Source of the DNA: a bacterium | GTDB taxonomy: Bacteria; Bdellovibrionota_C; UBA2361; SZUA-149 | Length of the DNA: 55,510 nt | Assembly (NCBI GenBank): GCA_030433295.1 | Contig: JAUIMJ010000001.1 | Span: forward strand, 1-55,510 | Direction of reading: 5' to 3' | Shown: in pieces, positions 47,369 to 55,510 of the stretch | How the letters are laid out: each line of letters begins with the position of its first letter | Position numbering within the stretch: the first letter of the stretch is position 1 | Notes under the pieces: generated by a model | What the model saw: the letters and a program-made list of their open reading frames with translations, nothing else | Told to the model about the DNA's origin: nothing | The model's database searches: none | Program-made: the position numbers and the translations under genes

Positions 47369-48222
47369 GAGAACCTGTGGCTTTGGAAAAGCAATTGTCT
47401 GAATACCTGAGTAGCGCTTGCACTAAACAGCAGTCTGAGCAGCAGACTGAGCGGCAGGATGAGCAGGAGACTGAGCGGCAGGATGAGCAGGAGACTGAGC
47501 GGCAGGATGAGCAGGAGAGGGGCGCCATTCTGATCTTCGTGGTCTTATTGGTCGTGGTGCTCATCGCCCTGACTGGTCTGGTGGTAGACCTTGCGCGCCT
47601 TCAATATACGGTGATTCGAGCACAGCAATCTGCTGACGCGGCAGCGCTTGCTGCTGTGATCCACCTCGATGACCCGAGCGATATCGATAACTGGAGAAAG
47701 ACAAAGAAAGCGGTTCTGGCTTCGCTTTCTCAGAGTCAGTTATACGCTTTGGACGATGATGCTGCGGAGTCACTCAAAGCGGCGAACAGCGACTACCCGA
47801 TGAGGACCATGCGATTTCTCGAGGGAGAAACTACCCCACACGATTACACCTGGTATGCGAAACATGCGGGATCTGCAGGCAATCTTGGCGTTGAAGTCGT
47901 TCGGGGTGTATTCTGCTATGTGCAGACCTCCCTTGTGCCTCCCAGCTTTGAGCGTCGATGGTATGCGCTCGAGAGAACTAATCACTATTGCAAGGCAAAC
48001 AGTGTGCAGGTCGATATTACGGTACGTGAGGTGCCGACTACCTTTGCCACGATTTTCGGCGTTCGGGAAATGAATGACGTACGTGTTTCCGCTCAGGCAC
48101 ATCTTAATCCCGCCCCCTATACCTGTGGACATGAGCTTTGTGACGATTTGGGAATTGTTGGTGAAATTAGCAGTCCCTATGAATATCCCTACGCACAATT
48201 CAATCCTGACCCGCCCTGTTAG
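47353..48222 (+). CDS. TadG-like (Tad/PF13400-type N-terminus) protein without an obvious vWA domain
   Basis: GAILIFVVLLVVVLIALTGLVVDLARLQYTVIRAQQSADAAALAA. GTG start overlaps the previous gene by 16 nt. The N-terminal extension carries a TERQDEQE x3 repeat. Confidence 0.7.
   Translation: MFHLLREPVALEKQLSEYLSSACTKQQSEQQTERQDEQETERQDEQETERQDEQERGAILIFVVLLVVVLIALTGLVVDLARLQYTVIRAQQSADAAALAAVIHLDDPSDIDNWRKTKKAVLASLSQSQLYALDDDAAESLKAANSDYPMRTMRFLEGETTPHDYTWYAKHAGSAGNLGVEVVRGVFCYVQTSLVPPSFERRWYALERTNHYCKANSVQVDITVREVPTTFATIFGVREMNDVRVSAQAHLNPAPYTCGHELCDDLGIVGEISSPYEYPYAQFNPDPPC
47446..47517 (+). repeat. Perfect 24-nt x3 in-frame tandem repeat (actgagcggcaggatgagcaggag, encoding TERQDEQE)
   Basis: Units at 47446-47469, 47470-47493 and 47494-47517 are identical base for base. 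Confidence 0.95.
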
Positions 48223-48281
48223 AGCGATGTGGCCCTGGCGTTCAGCAATATTCATGCTGTCTATTTTCCGAGGAGAGTGAG

Positions 48282-49787
48282 GTGCGCTTGAATCGCAGAG
48301 GACTGTATCCGGCTCTGTTCCTCCTTGGCTTTGCCTGCTCAAGTCTGGTCGCCTTTCTGCTTTTCGATGCGATACCACATGTTGAGGATGAGCATGCGAT
48401 ATTGCGTCAGGCAAAAATCTTTAGCTCGGGGGCATTCAGTGCTGAGCTCCCGGCGGTGCCTTCCGCATTTTCAATTCCCTTCATGGTGGAATATGAGGGC
48501 AGGCAGTTTAGTAAGTATCACCCGGGTTTTTCCTTACTGTTGGTGCCGGGAGTTCTGCTCGATGCCCCCTGGTTGATCAATGCCTGCTTAAGCGGATTGA
48601 ATCTGTGTCTAGTGTTTCGTCTAGTCGGAAGGAACTGGAATCGACAGATTGCCGCCCTGACCATTTTCTTGCTGCTTTGCTCTCCTATGTTTCTTGCTAT
48701 CTCAGGGTCACTGTTTTCTCACACGGCTCTTTTGAGCTGCCTGCTCAGTTTTCTGCACTTCTTTTTCCGGCTGCGTTCCGATACCTCTGTGCGACCCGCC
48801 ATATTTGCGGGATGTGCTCTTGGCTTTGCCGCATGCATTCGACCATTTTCTGCGGCCCTGCTCGCGCTGCCTTGTGTCCTGACCGCCGTGTGGCACATTT
48901 GTGCTACGCGTGACTCTGCACGGGAGCGGTATGTTCGGAGCTATGTGATACTGGGCAGCCTCACTCTTTTATTGTGTGGCGTACTGCCCCTTTACAACTA
49001 CATGACAAGCGGATCTGCGATGACTAACGCCTATACCTTGATCTGGCCCTACGATACTCTGGGTTTTGGGCCGGAGAGCGGACGCGGGGTTGGGGGGCAC
49101 ACCTTTGCAAAAGGTCTGCTCAATCTCAAATTGGATATGAGACAGTATGCGAGTCTTTCATTGGGATGGCCCTCGCTTGCCGGTGTTCCGTTGATCGTTC
49201 TTCCGATACTTGCCGGACTTTTACTTAAACCACGCCGTGCACAGGATCTTCTATTATTGCTTCCGCTGCTGATTCTTGCGCTTGGCTATACCTTCTACTG
49301 GGCCCGGGGAGGTAGTCTTTTCGGTGCGCGATACTACTTCGAATCCATCCCTTTTATTTGTGCGCTTGTCGCTGTGGGCATTTACAAGCTCGCCCTGCTT
49401 AGCAAAGCGACCTCTCTGACGTATCTTCTGGTAATTCTTACTGCGTGCTGGGGTGCGCAATCTGAGTCTCTGCCTATGCTGGCAAAACTGAAAGACCTGT
49501 ATGGCATAGATGCTAGTGACTCTGAGGTAGTTGACCGCGCAGGGATATCAAATGCCCTGGTTTTTGTATCAGTACGACATTGGACTGACTATGGTCGACT
49601 GTCCTGGAGGAATGAAGCCGATCTTCAGGGAGATATAGTATTCGCGATGGATGGCGGCACCGTGCGCAATAAAGCCGTTCGTGCATTACATCCACACCGA
49701 GAGGTGTTTTCCTTTGATCGACGCAGAGAACCAAAACTCCTTAGCGTTGAAGAACCACTCGATAAGAGAGAAGTTATCCGGAAGTAA
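48282..49787 (+). CDS. Polytopic GT-C-fold-like glycosyltransferase (PMT_2/ArnT-like)
   Basis: At least 10 hydrophobic helices by eye. An acidic DE pair sits in the first extracytoplasmic loop right after TM1 (LLFDAIPHVEDEHAILRQAKIF). A C-terminal ~100-aa soluble domain is present. The assignment rests on architecture and motif, not on a search. Confidence 0.6.
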   Translation: MRLNRRGLYPALFLLGFACSSLVAFLLFDAIPHVEDEHAILRQAKIFSSGAFSAELPAVPSAFSIPFMVEYEGRQFSKYHPGFSLLLVPGVLLDAPWLINACLSGLNLCLVFRLVGRNWNRQIAALTIFLLLCSPMFLAISGSLFSHTALLSCLLSFLHFFFRLRSDTSVRPAIFAGCALGFAACIRPFSAALLALPCVLTAVWHICATRDSARERYVRSYVILGSLTLLLCGVLPLYNYMTSGSAMTNAYTLIWPYDTLGFGPESGRGVGGHTFAKGLLNLKLDMRQYASLSLGWPSLAGVPLIVLPILAGLLLKPRRAQDLLLLLPLLILALGYTFYWARGGSLFGARYYFESIPFICALVAVGIYKLALLSKATSLTYLLVILTACWGAQSESLPMLAKLKDLYGIDASDSEVVDRAGISNALVFVSVRHWTDYGRLSWRNEADLQGDIVFAMDGGTVRNKAVRALHPHREVFSFDRRREPKLLSVEEPLDKREVIRK

Positions 49788-49788
49788 A

Positions 49789-51255
49789 TCAGGTTCCGCA
49801 GAAGGTATGCTGCACGACTTCGTGCTCCTCGGGTGGAGCCATAAACCTCTCGTGTTCTCCCTGATCGACAAAGGGCCGGGAAAGAATTCCGCTGAGTAAC
49901 TTCGCCGGCTCAAAGTTTCTATCTTCCACCGCAGCTTGTATGACTTCCTCAACGCGATGATTTCGGGGAATGAATGCAGGGTTCGACAGTCTCATGGTTT
50001 CAGCGACTGCTGCATGCGAACCCGATTCTTGCTCCAGCCGTTTTCGCCAGCGCGGAAGCCAGGGTTCCAGGCTTTTACGCATAGGTTCGCTAAAGCAATC
50101 ACTGATGCTTCGCTCGAGTAACAGCCCATGTAAACTTCGGAAACTATTCGTGTAGTCCGCTTCGTTTTCGAGCAGGATGTTCAGGAACTCTTCGATCAAG
50201 CTAAAATCATCGTCCACCGCAGTGCTAAGCCCCAGTTTACTTCCCATTGCCTGCAGCCAGGCACTCCGAAATATATCTCCGAACGTCTGAACAGCGTTGT
50301 TGGCAAGACTTACTGCTTCCTTTTGTTCCTCGGCAAGAATAGGAAGTAGGGATTCGGCAAAACGTGCAAGGTTCCACTGAGCAATAGGACCCTGGTTTGC
50401 GTAGGCGTAGCGACCATTTCGATCGATATAGCTATAGACTGTTGCGGGATCGAATGCGTCCATAAAGGCGCAGGGTCCGTAGTCTATTGTTTCACCCGAG
50501 ATGCTCATATTATCCGTGTTCATTACGCCGTGGATAAAGCCGACCGCCATCCACTGAGCAACGAGATGCGCCTGGACGCCTATTACCGTATGAAGAAGGG
50601 CGACATAGGGATTTTCCTCCCGGCGAAGTTCCGGGTAATGTCGATCTATAGTGTATTCTGCGAGAAGCTGCAGTCCCTCTATGTCTTTTCGGACGGCGAA
50701 GTATTCGAAGGTTCCAATTCGTATGTGACTGGAAGCAACTCTTGTAAAAACACCTCCGGGTAGCCTGCTCTCTCGACGCACCGTCTCACCGCTCGTAACC
50801 GCGGCAAGCGCCCTCGTCGTCGGGATGCCGAGATGATGCATCGCTTCACTCAGGACGTATTCTCGAATAACGGGTCCCAGGGCCGAGCGTCCGTCGCCAC
50901 GTCGGGAGTACGGTGTTCTTCCGGCACCTTTGAGCTGAATGTCTCGCCGTATTCCATCAGTATCCACGAGTTCTCCGAGGAGAATTGCCCGACCGTCGCC
51001 AAGCTGTGGCACGAAATTACCAAACTGATGTCCGGCATAGGCAAGCGCGATAGTATGTTCGTCCTCACTAAAGGCGTTGCCAGAGAACAAAGACTCCGGA
51101 TGGGACGAGAGCAATTCGTCCGGGGAAAGGCCGAGACTCAGCGCAAGCTCCGCGTTAAATAGGGCGAGCTCAGGTTCCTTAGAGCTGATTGGCGCAATCC
51201 GCGAATAGAATCGTTCCGGCAACGTTTGGTAGGTATACTCGAAAGGAATGTGCAT
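49789..51255 (-). CDS. selO: Protein adenylyltransferase SelO (YdiU/UPF0061)
   Basis: YAGHQFGNFVPQLGDGRAILLGE, QLKGAGRTPYSRRGDGRSALGPVIREYVLSEAMHHLGIPTTRALA, HGVMNTDNMSI. Confidence 0.95.
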   Translation of the reverse strand: MHIPFEYTYQTLPERFYSRIAPISSKEPELALFNAELALSLGLSPDELLSSHPESLFSGNAFSEDEHTIALAYAGHQFGNFVPQLGDGRAILLGELVDTDGIRRDIQLKGAGRTPYSRRGDGRSALGPVIREYVLSEAMHHLGIPTTRALAAVTSGETVRRESRLPGGVFTRVASSHIRIGTFEYFAVRKDIEGLQLLAEYTIDRHYPELRREENPYVALLHTVIGVQAHLVAQWMAVGFIHGVMNTDNMSISGETIDYGPCAFMDAFDPATVYSYIDRNGRYAYANQGPIAQWNLARFAESLLPILAEEQKEAVSLANNAVQTFGDIFRSAWLQAMGSKLGLSTAVDDDFSLIEEFLNILLENEADYTNSFRSLHGLLLERSISDCFSEPMRKSLEPWLPRWRKRLEQESGSHAAVAETMRLSNPAFIPRNHRVEEVIQAAVEDRNFEPAKLLSGILSRPFVDQGEHERFMAPPEEHEVVQHTFCGT

Positions 51256-51275
51256 AGAGACGGTCTATAAACAAA

Positions 51276-51367
51276 ACGTAGTGCGAACTACGTAAATGAA
51301 ACACTACGAAAATAATACAAGGCGTAGTTGGGACTACGTAACTATAAAAGGCGTAGTGCGAACCACG
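51276..51367. promoter_or_regulatory. Array of three related palindromes CGTAGT-N4-ACTACG in a divergent intergenic region (candidate operators or RNA hairpins)
   Basis: 51276-51293 acgtagt-gcga-actacgt. 51323-51338 cgtagt-tggg-actacg. 51352-51367 cgtagt-gcga-accacg. There is also a half-site cactacg at 51302-51308. Confidence 0.45.
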
Positions 51368-51645
51368 TTAATGCGTTCGGATGTTTGCGAAAATACTTCT
51401 CTTCTTCTTAGCATGTTTATCGAATGTTAAGAAGAAATAGAGCAGCAAATGAACCCTGAGTGAAGCGCCAGCCTCGCGAAATTTGGCTTTGCGAAAAGTC
51501 GTGCTAGGCTGCGGGCCACAATATGAGAAGAGCAACTAGATCTATTCGCGTCCTCCGAGTCAATTGCAGGTGGAAGCGAATAGGGGAAGTGATAGGTTTT
51601 TACCCGCCCCGTTTTCATCATCCTTCTAAACAACCGGAGTATAGT

Positions 51646-52680
51646 ATGGCAGCAAAGCGCCCCTACCCACCGGTTGCGGTGGTGGATCTCGTCGTTGCCG
51701 GGGTTCAGGCACATATTGCGGACCCCGATAATCCAAAGTTCGATTCTGAAACCGGAGCAAATATCCTCAGGCACTGGCGTCTTTTTTGTGAGTATCTCCT
51801 CGAGCGGGAAGCGATGCAGCTCTCCTGCGAAGACGAGGTTCCTGTTCTTTCCTGGAAGCCCGGATCCAGAAAACGTAAATCCCCAGAGGCACACTTTACG
51901 CGTCTTCTTGTCGATTCCAAAGGGCAGGCGTTTTCTGAGTATCTCAGCAAGAGATTTACGGAAGTTAAACCAGCGACGGTTCGGACTGAGACATCCTCCT
52001 TGCGAGCATGTATCAGAATTCTCCAGGCGGCTGGTGAGACAGAGTTCAGGGCCGAAGATTTGCTCAATCCGAGCGTGGCAGCCGATCCGCGGACAGTAGT
52101 CCCCTTCACGGAGGAGATGGTCGCTCAGGCCTTTGGTCTGCAATCGCTACAGCTGGCCACCCGGCGGGATATCGGCGTATATGTCGCCTTCATTCGTGAG
52201 CATGTATCGCCCACGCCGAGCTGGAAGCAGGAGGTGGCGGCAAGCAAGCGACTTCGCAGAGTCAAACGTAGAGAAACTCGAGAGCGATTAGCTAAGGAGG
52301 CAGTAGTAATCGAGACTGTCACCGGCCAGATGATTTTCTGCGCAGCGGAGTGGACTCAAGCGTTCCTTGAGTATGTGCAGCCCAATCGCCAACTCAAACA
52401 GGTGATTGTGGCGATACAAAAGTATTATCGTTGGCTGGCAGAAGAGGGGCTCTGTGACTTTGATGCTGCCGCACTCGGGCAGCCGCTTCGTTTGCGAGAT
52501 CAGGGGATTTTCAAGAAACCCTTGCGATTTCGCTCGGGCTGTCCGGTAAAGCAATTTACCGGGGATGAATCGGCTCCTCAGGATCCGGAGGCAGCTGCGA
52601 CAGATGCTCATGTCTCGCGTGCGAAGATGAAGAAGAAGACGAGGAAGAAGTTGAGCCGAAGAGGTAGAGATACTGGATGA
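51646..52680 (+). CDS. Hypothetical protein with a very basic C-terminal tail
   Basis: GGAG is 6 nt upstream of the ATG at 51646. 344 aa. Tail is RAKMKKKTRKKLSRRGRD. No catalytic motif recognised. Confidence 0.5.
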   Translation: MAAKRPYPPVAVVDLVVAGVQAHIADPDNPKFDSETGANILRHWRLFCEYLLEREAMQLSCEDEVPVLSWKPGSRKRKSPEAHFTRLLVDSKGQAFSEYLSKRFTEVKPATVRTETSSLRACIRILQAAGETEFRAEDLLNPSVAADPRTVVPFTEEMVAQAFGLQSLQLATRRDIGVYVAFIREHVSPTPSWKQEVAASKRLRRVKRRETRERLAKEAVVIETVTGQMIFCAAEWTQAFLEYVQPNRQLKQVIVAIQKYYRWLAEEGLCDFDAAALGQPLRLRDQGIFKKPLRFRSGCPVKQFTGDESAPQDPEAAATDAHVSRAKMKKKTRKKLSRRGRDTG

Positions 52681-52709
52681 TTGCCGTAGTGGAAGGAGCT
52701 ACGAACTCT

Positions 52710-52769
52710 GATATTCGAAGCTGGGATATTCGAAGTTGGGATAATCGAAGAGGGGGGAATTGAAGAGGT
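52710..52769. repeat. 15-nt tandem repeat (gatattcgaagctgg), 3 good copies plus 1 degenerate copy
   Basis: Units at 52710-52724, 52725-52739 and 52740-52754, with a degenerate unit at 52755-52769. Located between convergent genes. Confidence 0.8.
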
Positions 52770-52884
52770 TTTGAGCAAAGGACTTCTGTCCTTGCACTGT
52801 TTCTGAGCTTCTTCTATTCCCCAAGTCACATTCTCTCTGGTGTCTGATGCCGCACGCCGGGTGTGCGCAATGGCAGGGCTGCAT

Positions 52885-54033
52885 CTATGCGATGAGAATA
52901 ATCAGAGCAGTGAGAGCAGCGATTGTCCCAAGTAGGTACATGCCGCTGCGTCTTCTGCTGATTCCGCGGTTTCGCAGATACGTGCAGAGCACCCCGTTTG
53001 GCTTGATGAAATGAATGCCCTGTGCCACCAGGTTCTTCTCGGCGTCAGCCTCGATGCGCTTGAGCTTTAACACAGCGGAAAACTCAGCCGCCGTCTGATA
53101 ACGCGCTTCGGGGGCTTTCGCTCCCGCTTTCTTGATGAATGCCTCGAACCAGCATGGGACTCCTGCATCCTTTACTGCAAGCTCCGGCAGGGGGTCGGCA
53201 CAATGGCTTTTGGCCAGCTCGAACCAATTATCCTCTTCATACGGGCGGTGACCCATTACGATTTCATAGGCGAGGACGCTGAGGGAGTAGATATCGCTTG
53301 CCAGAGACACCGGCTCGCAGCGCACCTGCTCCGGCGACATATAATACGGAGTCCCAAGGCACATGCCGGTTTTTGTCAGTGAGAAGTCTTCGTTTACCGA
53401 ACGAGCAAGGCCCAGATCGGTAACTTTCGGTGTGCCATCCTCGTCAAAGATAATGTTTCCCGGCTTGATATCTCTGTGAATGATTCCCTTCTCATGGAGT
53501 GCTGCAATGCCTTCTGAAATCTGAAGCAGCATTTCTACCGCCTCACGAAAGGGGATCTGCTTGTCAGGCGCAAGAAGAAGCATCTCCTTGAGATTGCCGC
53601 CTTCGAGCAGCTCCATGACCACAAATGGTACGCCATTCTGAGTCACTCCGCTGTCGATTATGTCGATCACGTTTGGGTGAGAGATACTACGGGTGTATTC
53701 TATTTCTCGTTCGAAGCGAGTAACGCTTTCTTCATCATTAAAGGCTTCATTCGTGAGGACCTTTAGCGCAACAAAGCGTTGCGTTTCATTGTCGTAGCAG
53801 CGAAACACCCAGCCACTTGAGCCCTCACCGATGCGCTCGTGCACCACGTAGCGAGGCGAGAGTTCTTCACTGATTTTTTCAGCATTGATAATGTGAGAAT
53901 GATCCTGCATGTCATTTGCCGATGTCTGGCTCAATAATCGCTTTCCGTCTCCGACCTGAGTATCCCCGGGACTACGCATTAAATAATCGATATAAACAGG
54001 CGAAAGCTTTAGGTTTTTGAGCGGGTAGCTCAA
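52885..54033 (-). CDS. Hanks-type serine/threonine protein kinase with a C-terminal membrane anchor
   Basis: GEGSSGWVF (G-loop), VALKVL, HRDIKPGNIIF, VTDLGLAR, GTPYYMSPEQ. Terminal TM MYLLGTIAALTALIILIA. Confidence 0.9.
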   Translation of the reverse strand: MSYPLKNLKLSPVYIDYLMRSPGDTQVGDGKRLLSQTSANDMQDHSHIINAEKISEELSPRYVVHERIGEGSSGWVFRCYDNETQRFVALKVLTNEAFNDEESVTRFEREIEYTRSISHPNVIDIIDSGVTQNGVPFVVMELLEGGNLKEMLLLAPDKQIPFREAVEMLLQISEGIAALHEKGIIHRDIKPGNIIFDEDGTPKVTDLGLARSVNEDFSLTKTGMCLGTPYYMSPEQVRCEPVSLASDIYSLSVLAYEIVMGHRPYEEDNWFELAKSHCADPLPELAVKDAGVPCWFEAFIKKAGAKAPEARYQTAAEFSAVLKLKRIEADAEKNLVAQGIHFIKPNGVLCTYLRNRGISRRRSGMYLLGTIAALTALIILIA

Positions 54034-54384
54034 CGTGATTTGTTTACTCAGTGATTGTGGAATATTAGCCGGATACTCGCTTCGAGGGGATCTTGTGATT
54101 GCAGATACTCTGCAGGCTGATTGGATTAGAAATTAGCAGAATGCTACGTGATTTTTGTTACGAAAAGGTATGAGGGATGAAGGATCCCGGGATGTGAATT
54201 TGTCTTACTCATCTTCCTTTCCACTGGCGTACAGATTTATAGTGTGCTTTCCTCTCGAGGAGGACAATGTAAATTCTTACCCGGTTAATTCGTTTGTCCT
54301 CTTTTTTTCCTCGATTTTCCATGGGCCTTGAAAAGCCGAATAGAATTGGCCCAGCAATTTTAACCCTTAACTACTTTAGCCGCT

Positions 54385-55167
54385 ATGAAATGTCATGAAA
54401 TAGAGTATCAGATTGTCGGAGATGATTTGCAGTTTGTCGAGGTTATCCTCGATGAAGGAGAGACGGTTGTCGCTGAGGCTGGTGCGATGATGTACATCGA
54501 AGATGGTATAGAATTTGAAGCCAAAATGGGTGACGGCTCTAAGCCGGCCACGAGTTTCTTTGATACCCTGGTGAAAGCTGGAAGCAGAGTCTTTACCGGT
54601 GAGTCTCTTTTTATGACGCATTTTACGCATCACGGGAAAGGGAAGGGGCACGTGGCTTTCGGGGCGCCGTATCCGGGCAAGATCGTCTCAGTCGATATGG
54701 CTGAACATGGTTCTCTTACCTGTCAGAAAGATTCTTTTCTATGTGCTGCCCTCGGTACAAGCATTGATATCGCCTTCAATAAAAAATTAGGCGCAGGGCT
54801 CTTCGGTGGTGAGGGTTTCATTTTGCAGAAGCTTACCGGAGACGGTATGGCCTTTCTGCATGCTGGTGGCACCATAATCCGGAAACGGCTTAACAATCAG
54901 AAGATTCGACTGGATACCGGATGTCTCGTTGCCTTCTCGCCGGGGATTGACTACTCCATCGAAAGAGCGGGAAATCTGAAGTCCATGTTCTTTGGTGGGG
55001 AGGGTATGTTCCTCGCAACGCTTGAAGGTACCGGAGATGTCTGGCTGCAGTCGCTACCCTTCAGTCGTCTGGCGAATCGAATTCTTGCGAATGCACCCAG
55101 TGCGGGTGGCTCCCAACGCGGAGAGGGTTCGGTGCTCGGCGGCCTGTCCCGCTTTATGGAAAGCTAA
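54385..55167 (+). CDS. AIM24/TIGR00266-family (DUF124) protein
   Basis: Typical start ...[74 protein letters not shown]. Confidence 0.85.
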   Translation: MKCHEIEYQIVGDDLQFVEVILDEGETVVAEAGAMMYIEDGIEFEAKMGDGSKPATSFFDTLVKAGSRVFTGESLFMTHFTHHGKGKGHVAFGAPYPGKIVSVDMAEHGSLTCQKDSFLCAALGTSIDIAFNKKLGAGLFGGEGFILQKLTGDGMAFLHAGGTIIRKRLNNQKIRLDTGCLVAFSPGIDYSIERAGNLKSMFFGGEGMFLATLEGTGDVWLQSLPFSRLANRILANAPSAGGSQRGEGSVLGGLSRFMES

Positions 55168-55241
55168 GTCGTTAGGGCGAAACCGGGTTCCTTCGCATGA
55201 GCTGGGCTGAATCATCATCATCGTGCAGGTAGGGGGCAGTC

Positions 55242-55510
55242 TTGTCGAAAAACGTACTCATAGGAATTGTCGCCCTTCTCCTGCTGACGGTTTGTGGGCT
55301 TGGAGCAGCCCTGTTTCTCATGCTTAATCAGGAAAAGCCGGTCGTTCGTAAGCCTCTTCCTCGCTATAGCGATCTGATTAAGGCATCAAAAGATACCGCT
55401 ACAAACAGAGAGGGGGCCCCGGCAAGCGCGGTACCCGGCCGCTATACTCGAGAAATTCTCTCTAAACTAGAGCTTGGGATGAGTCCTGCTGAAGTTCAGG
55501 CCATCCTGCG
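55242..55510 (+). CDS. Hypothetical membrane-anchored protein, 3'-truncated by the window edge
   Basis: Frame is open from TTG 55242 to the window end. N-terminal TM (LIGIVALLLLTVCGLGAALFLML). A G-rich Shine-Dalgarno-like run lies upstream. The ..LELGMSPAEVQAIL ending faintly recalls SmpA/BamE-like domains. Confidence 0.3.
   Translation, partial: MSKNVLIGIVALLLLTVCGLGAALFLMLNQEKPVVRKPLPRYSDLIKASKDTATNREGAPASAVPGRYTREILSKLELGMSPAEVQAIL

Noticed and set aside
51427-52143. 238-aa minus-strand ORF
   Set aside because: It overlaps the plus-strand gene that has a good RBS at 51636-51639. It has a Cys/Arg/Leu-rich shadow-type composition and no start context.

Overview
55.5 kb chromosomal segment from a Gram-negative bacterium, judged from an OmpA-type outer-membrane protein, a PEP-CTERM protein, TadE/TadG-like proteins and periplasmic Spy/CpxP-like proteins. 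All calls rest on reading the six-frame translations and the raw sequence. No database or HMM search was possible. About 55 protein genes are supported. Clear housekeeping or accessory genes include recQ, msrA, selO, a cspA-family cold-shock gene, ychJ, an NupC-type nucleoside transporter, an ABC exporter, a SWIM-SNF2 helicase, two aldo/keto reductases, an SDR, DJ-1, GNAT, rhodanese, an FKBP isomerase, an ECF sigma/anti-sigma pair and a Ser/Thr kinase. I recognised no rRNA, tRNA, CRISPR array, transposase or complete integrase. The most unusual locus is a co-directional six-gene cluster at 43.3-49.8 kb. It encodes a signal-peptide protein (Cys-rich domain, Pro/Thr/Glu linker, then 364 residues of only Ser/Thr/Ala), two TadE-like proteins, one TadG-like protein and a GT-C-like polytopic glycosyltransferase, with no other Tad machinery anywhere in the window. 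I read it as a candidate undescribed export, O-glycosylation and display module. Secondary items are a minimal class III cyclase translationally coupled to the SWIM-SNF2 helicase, and a glycine-zipper Q/S/G-rich orphan protein. There are also several orphan structured intergenic regions (a 122-nt-period duplicated hairpin element, an orphan terminator region, a triple palindrome array) and several short perfect tandem repeats. ORF-track starts include TTG/GTG codons and are often too far upstream. I re-set starts where an ATG/GTG with a Shine-Dalgarno-like motif was visible.
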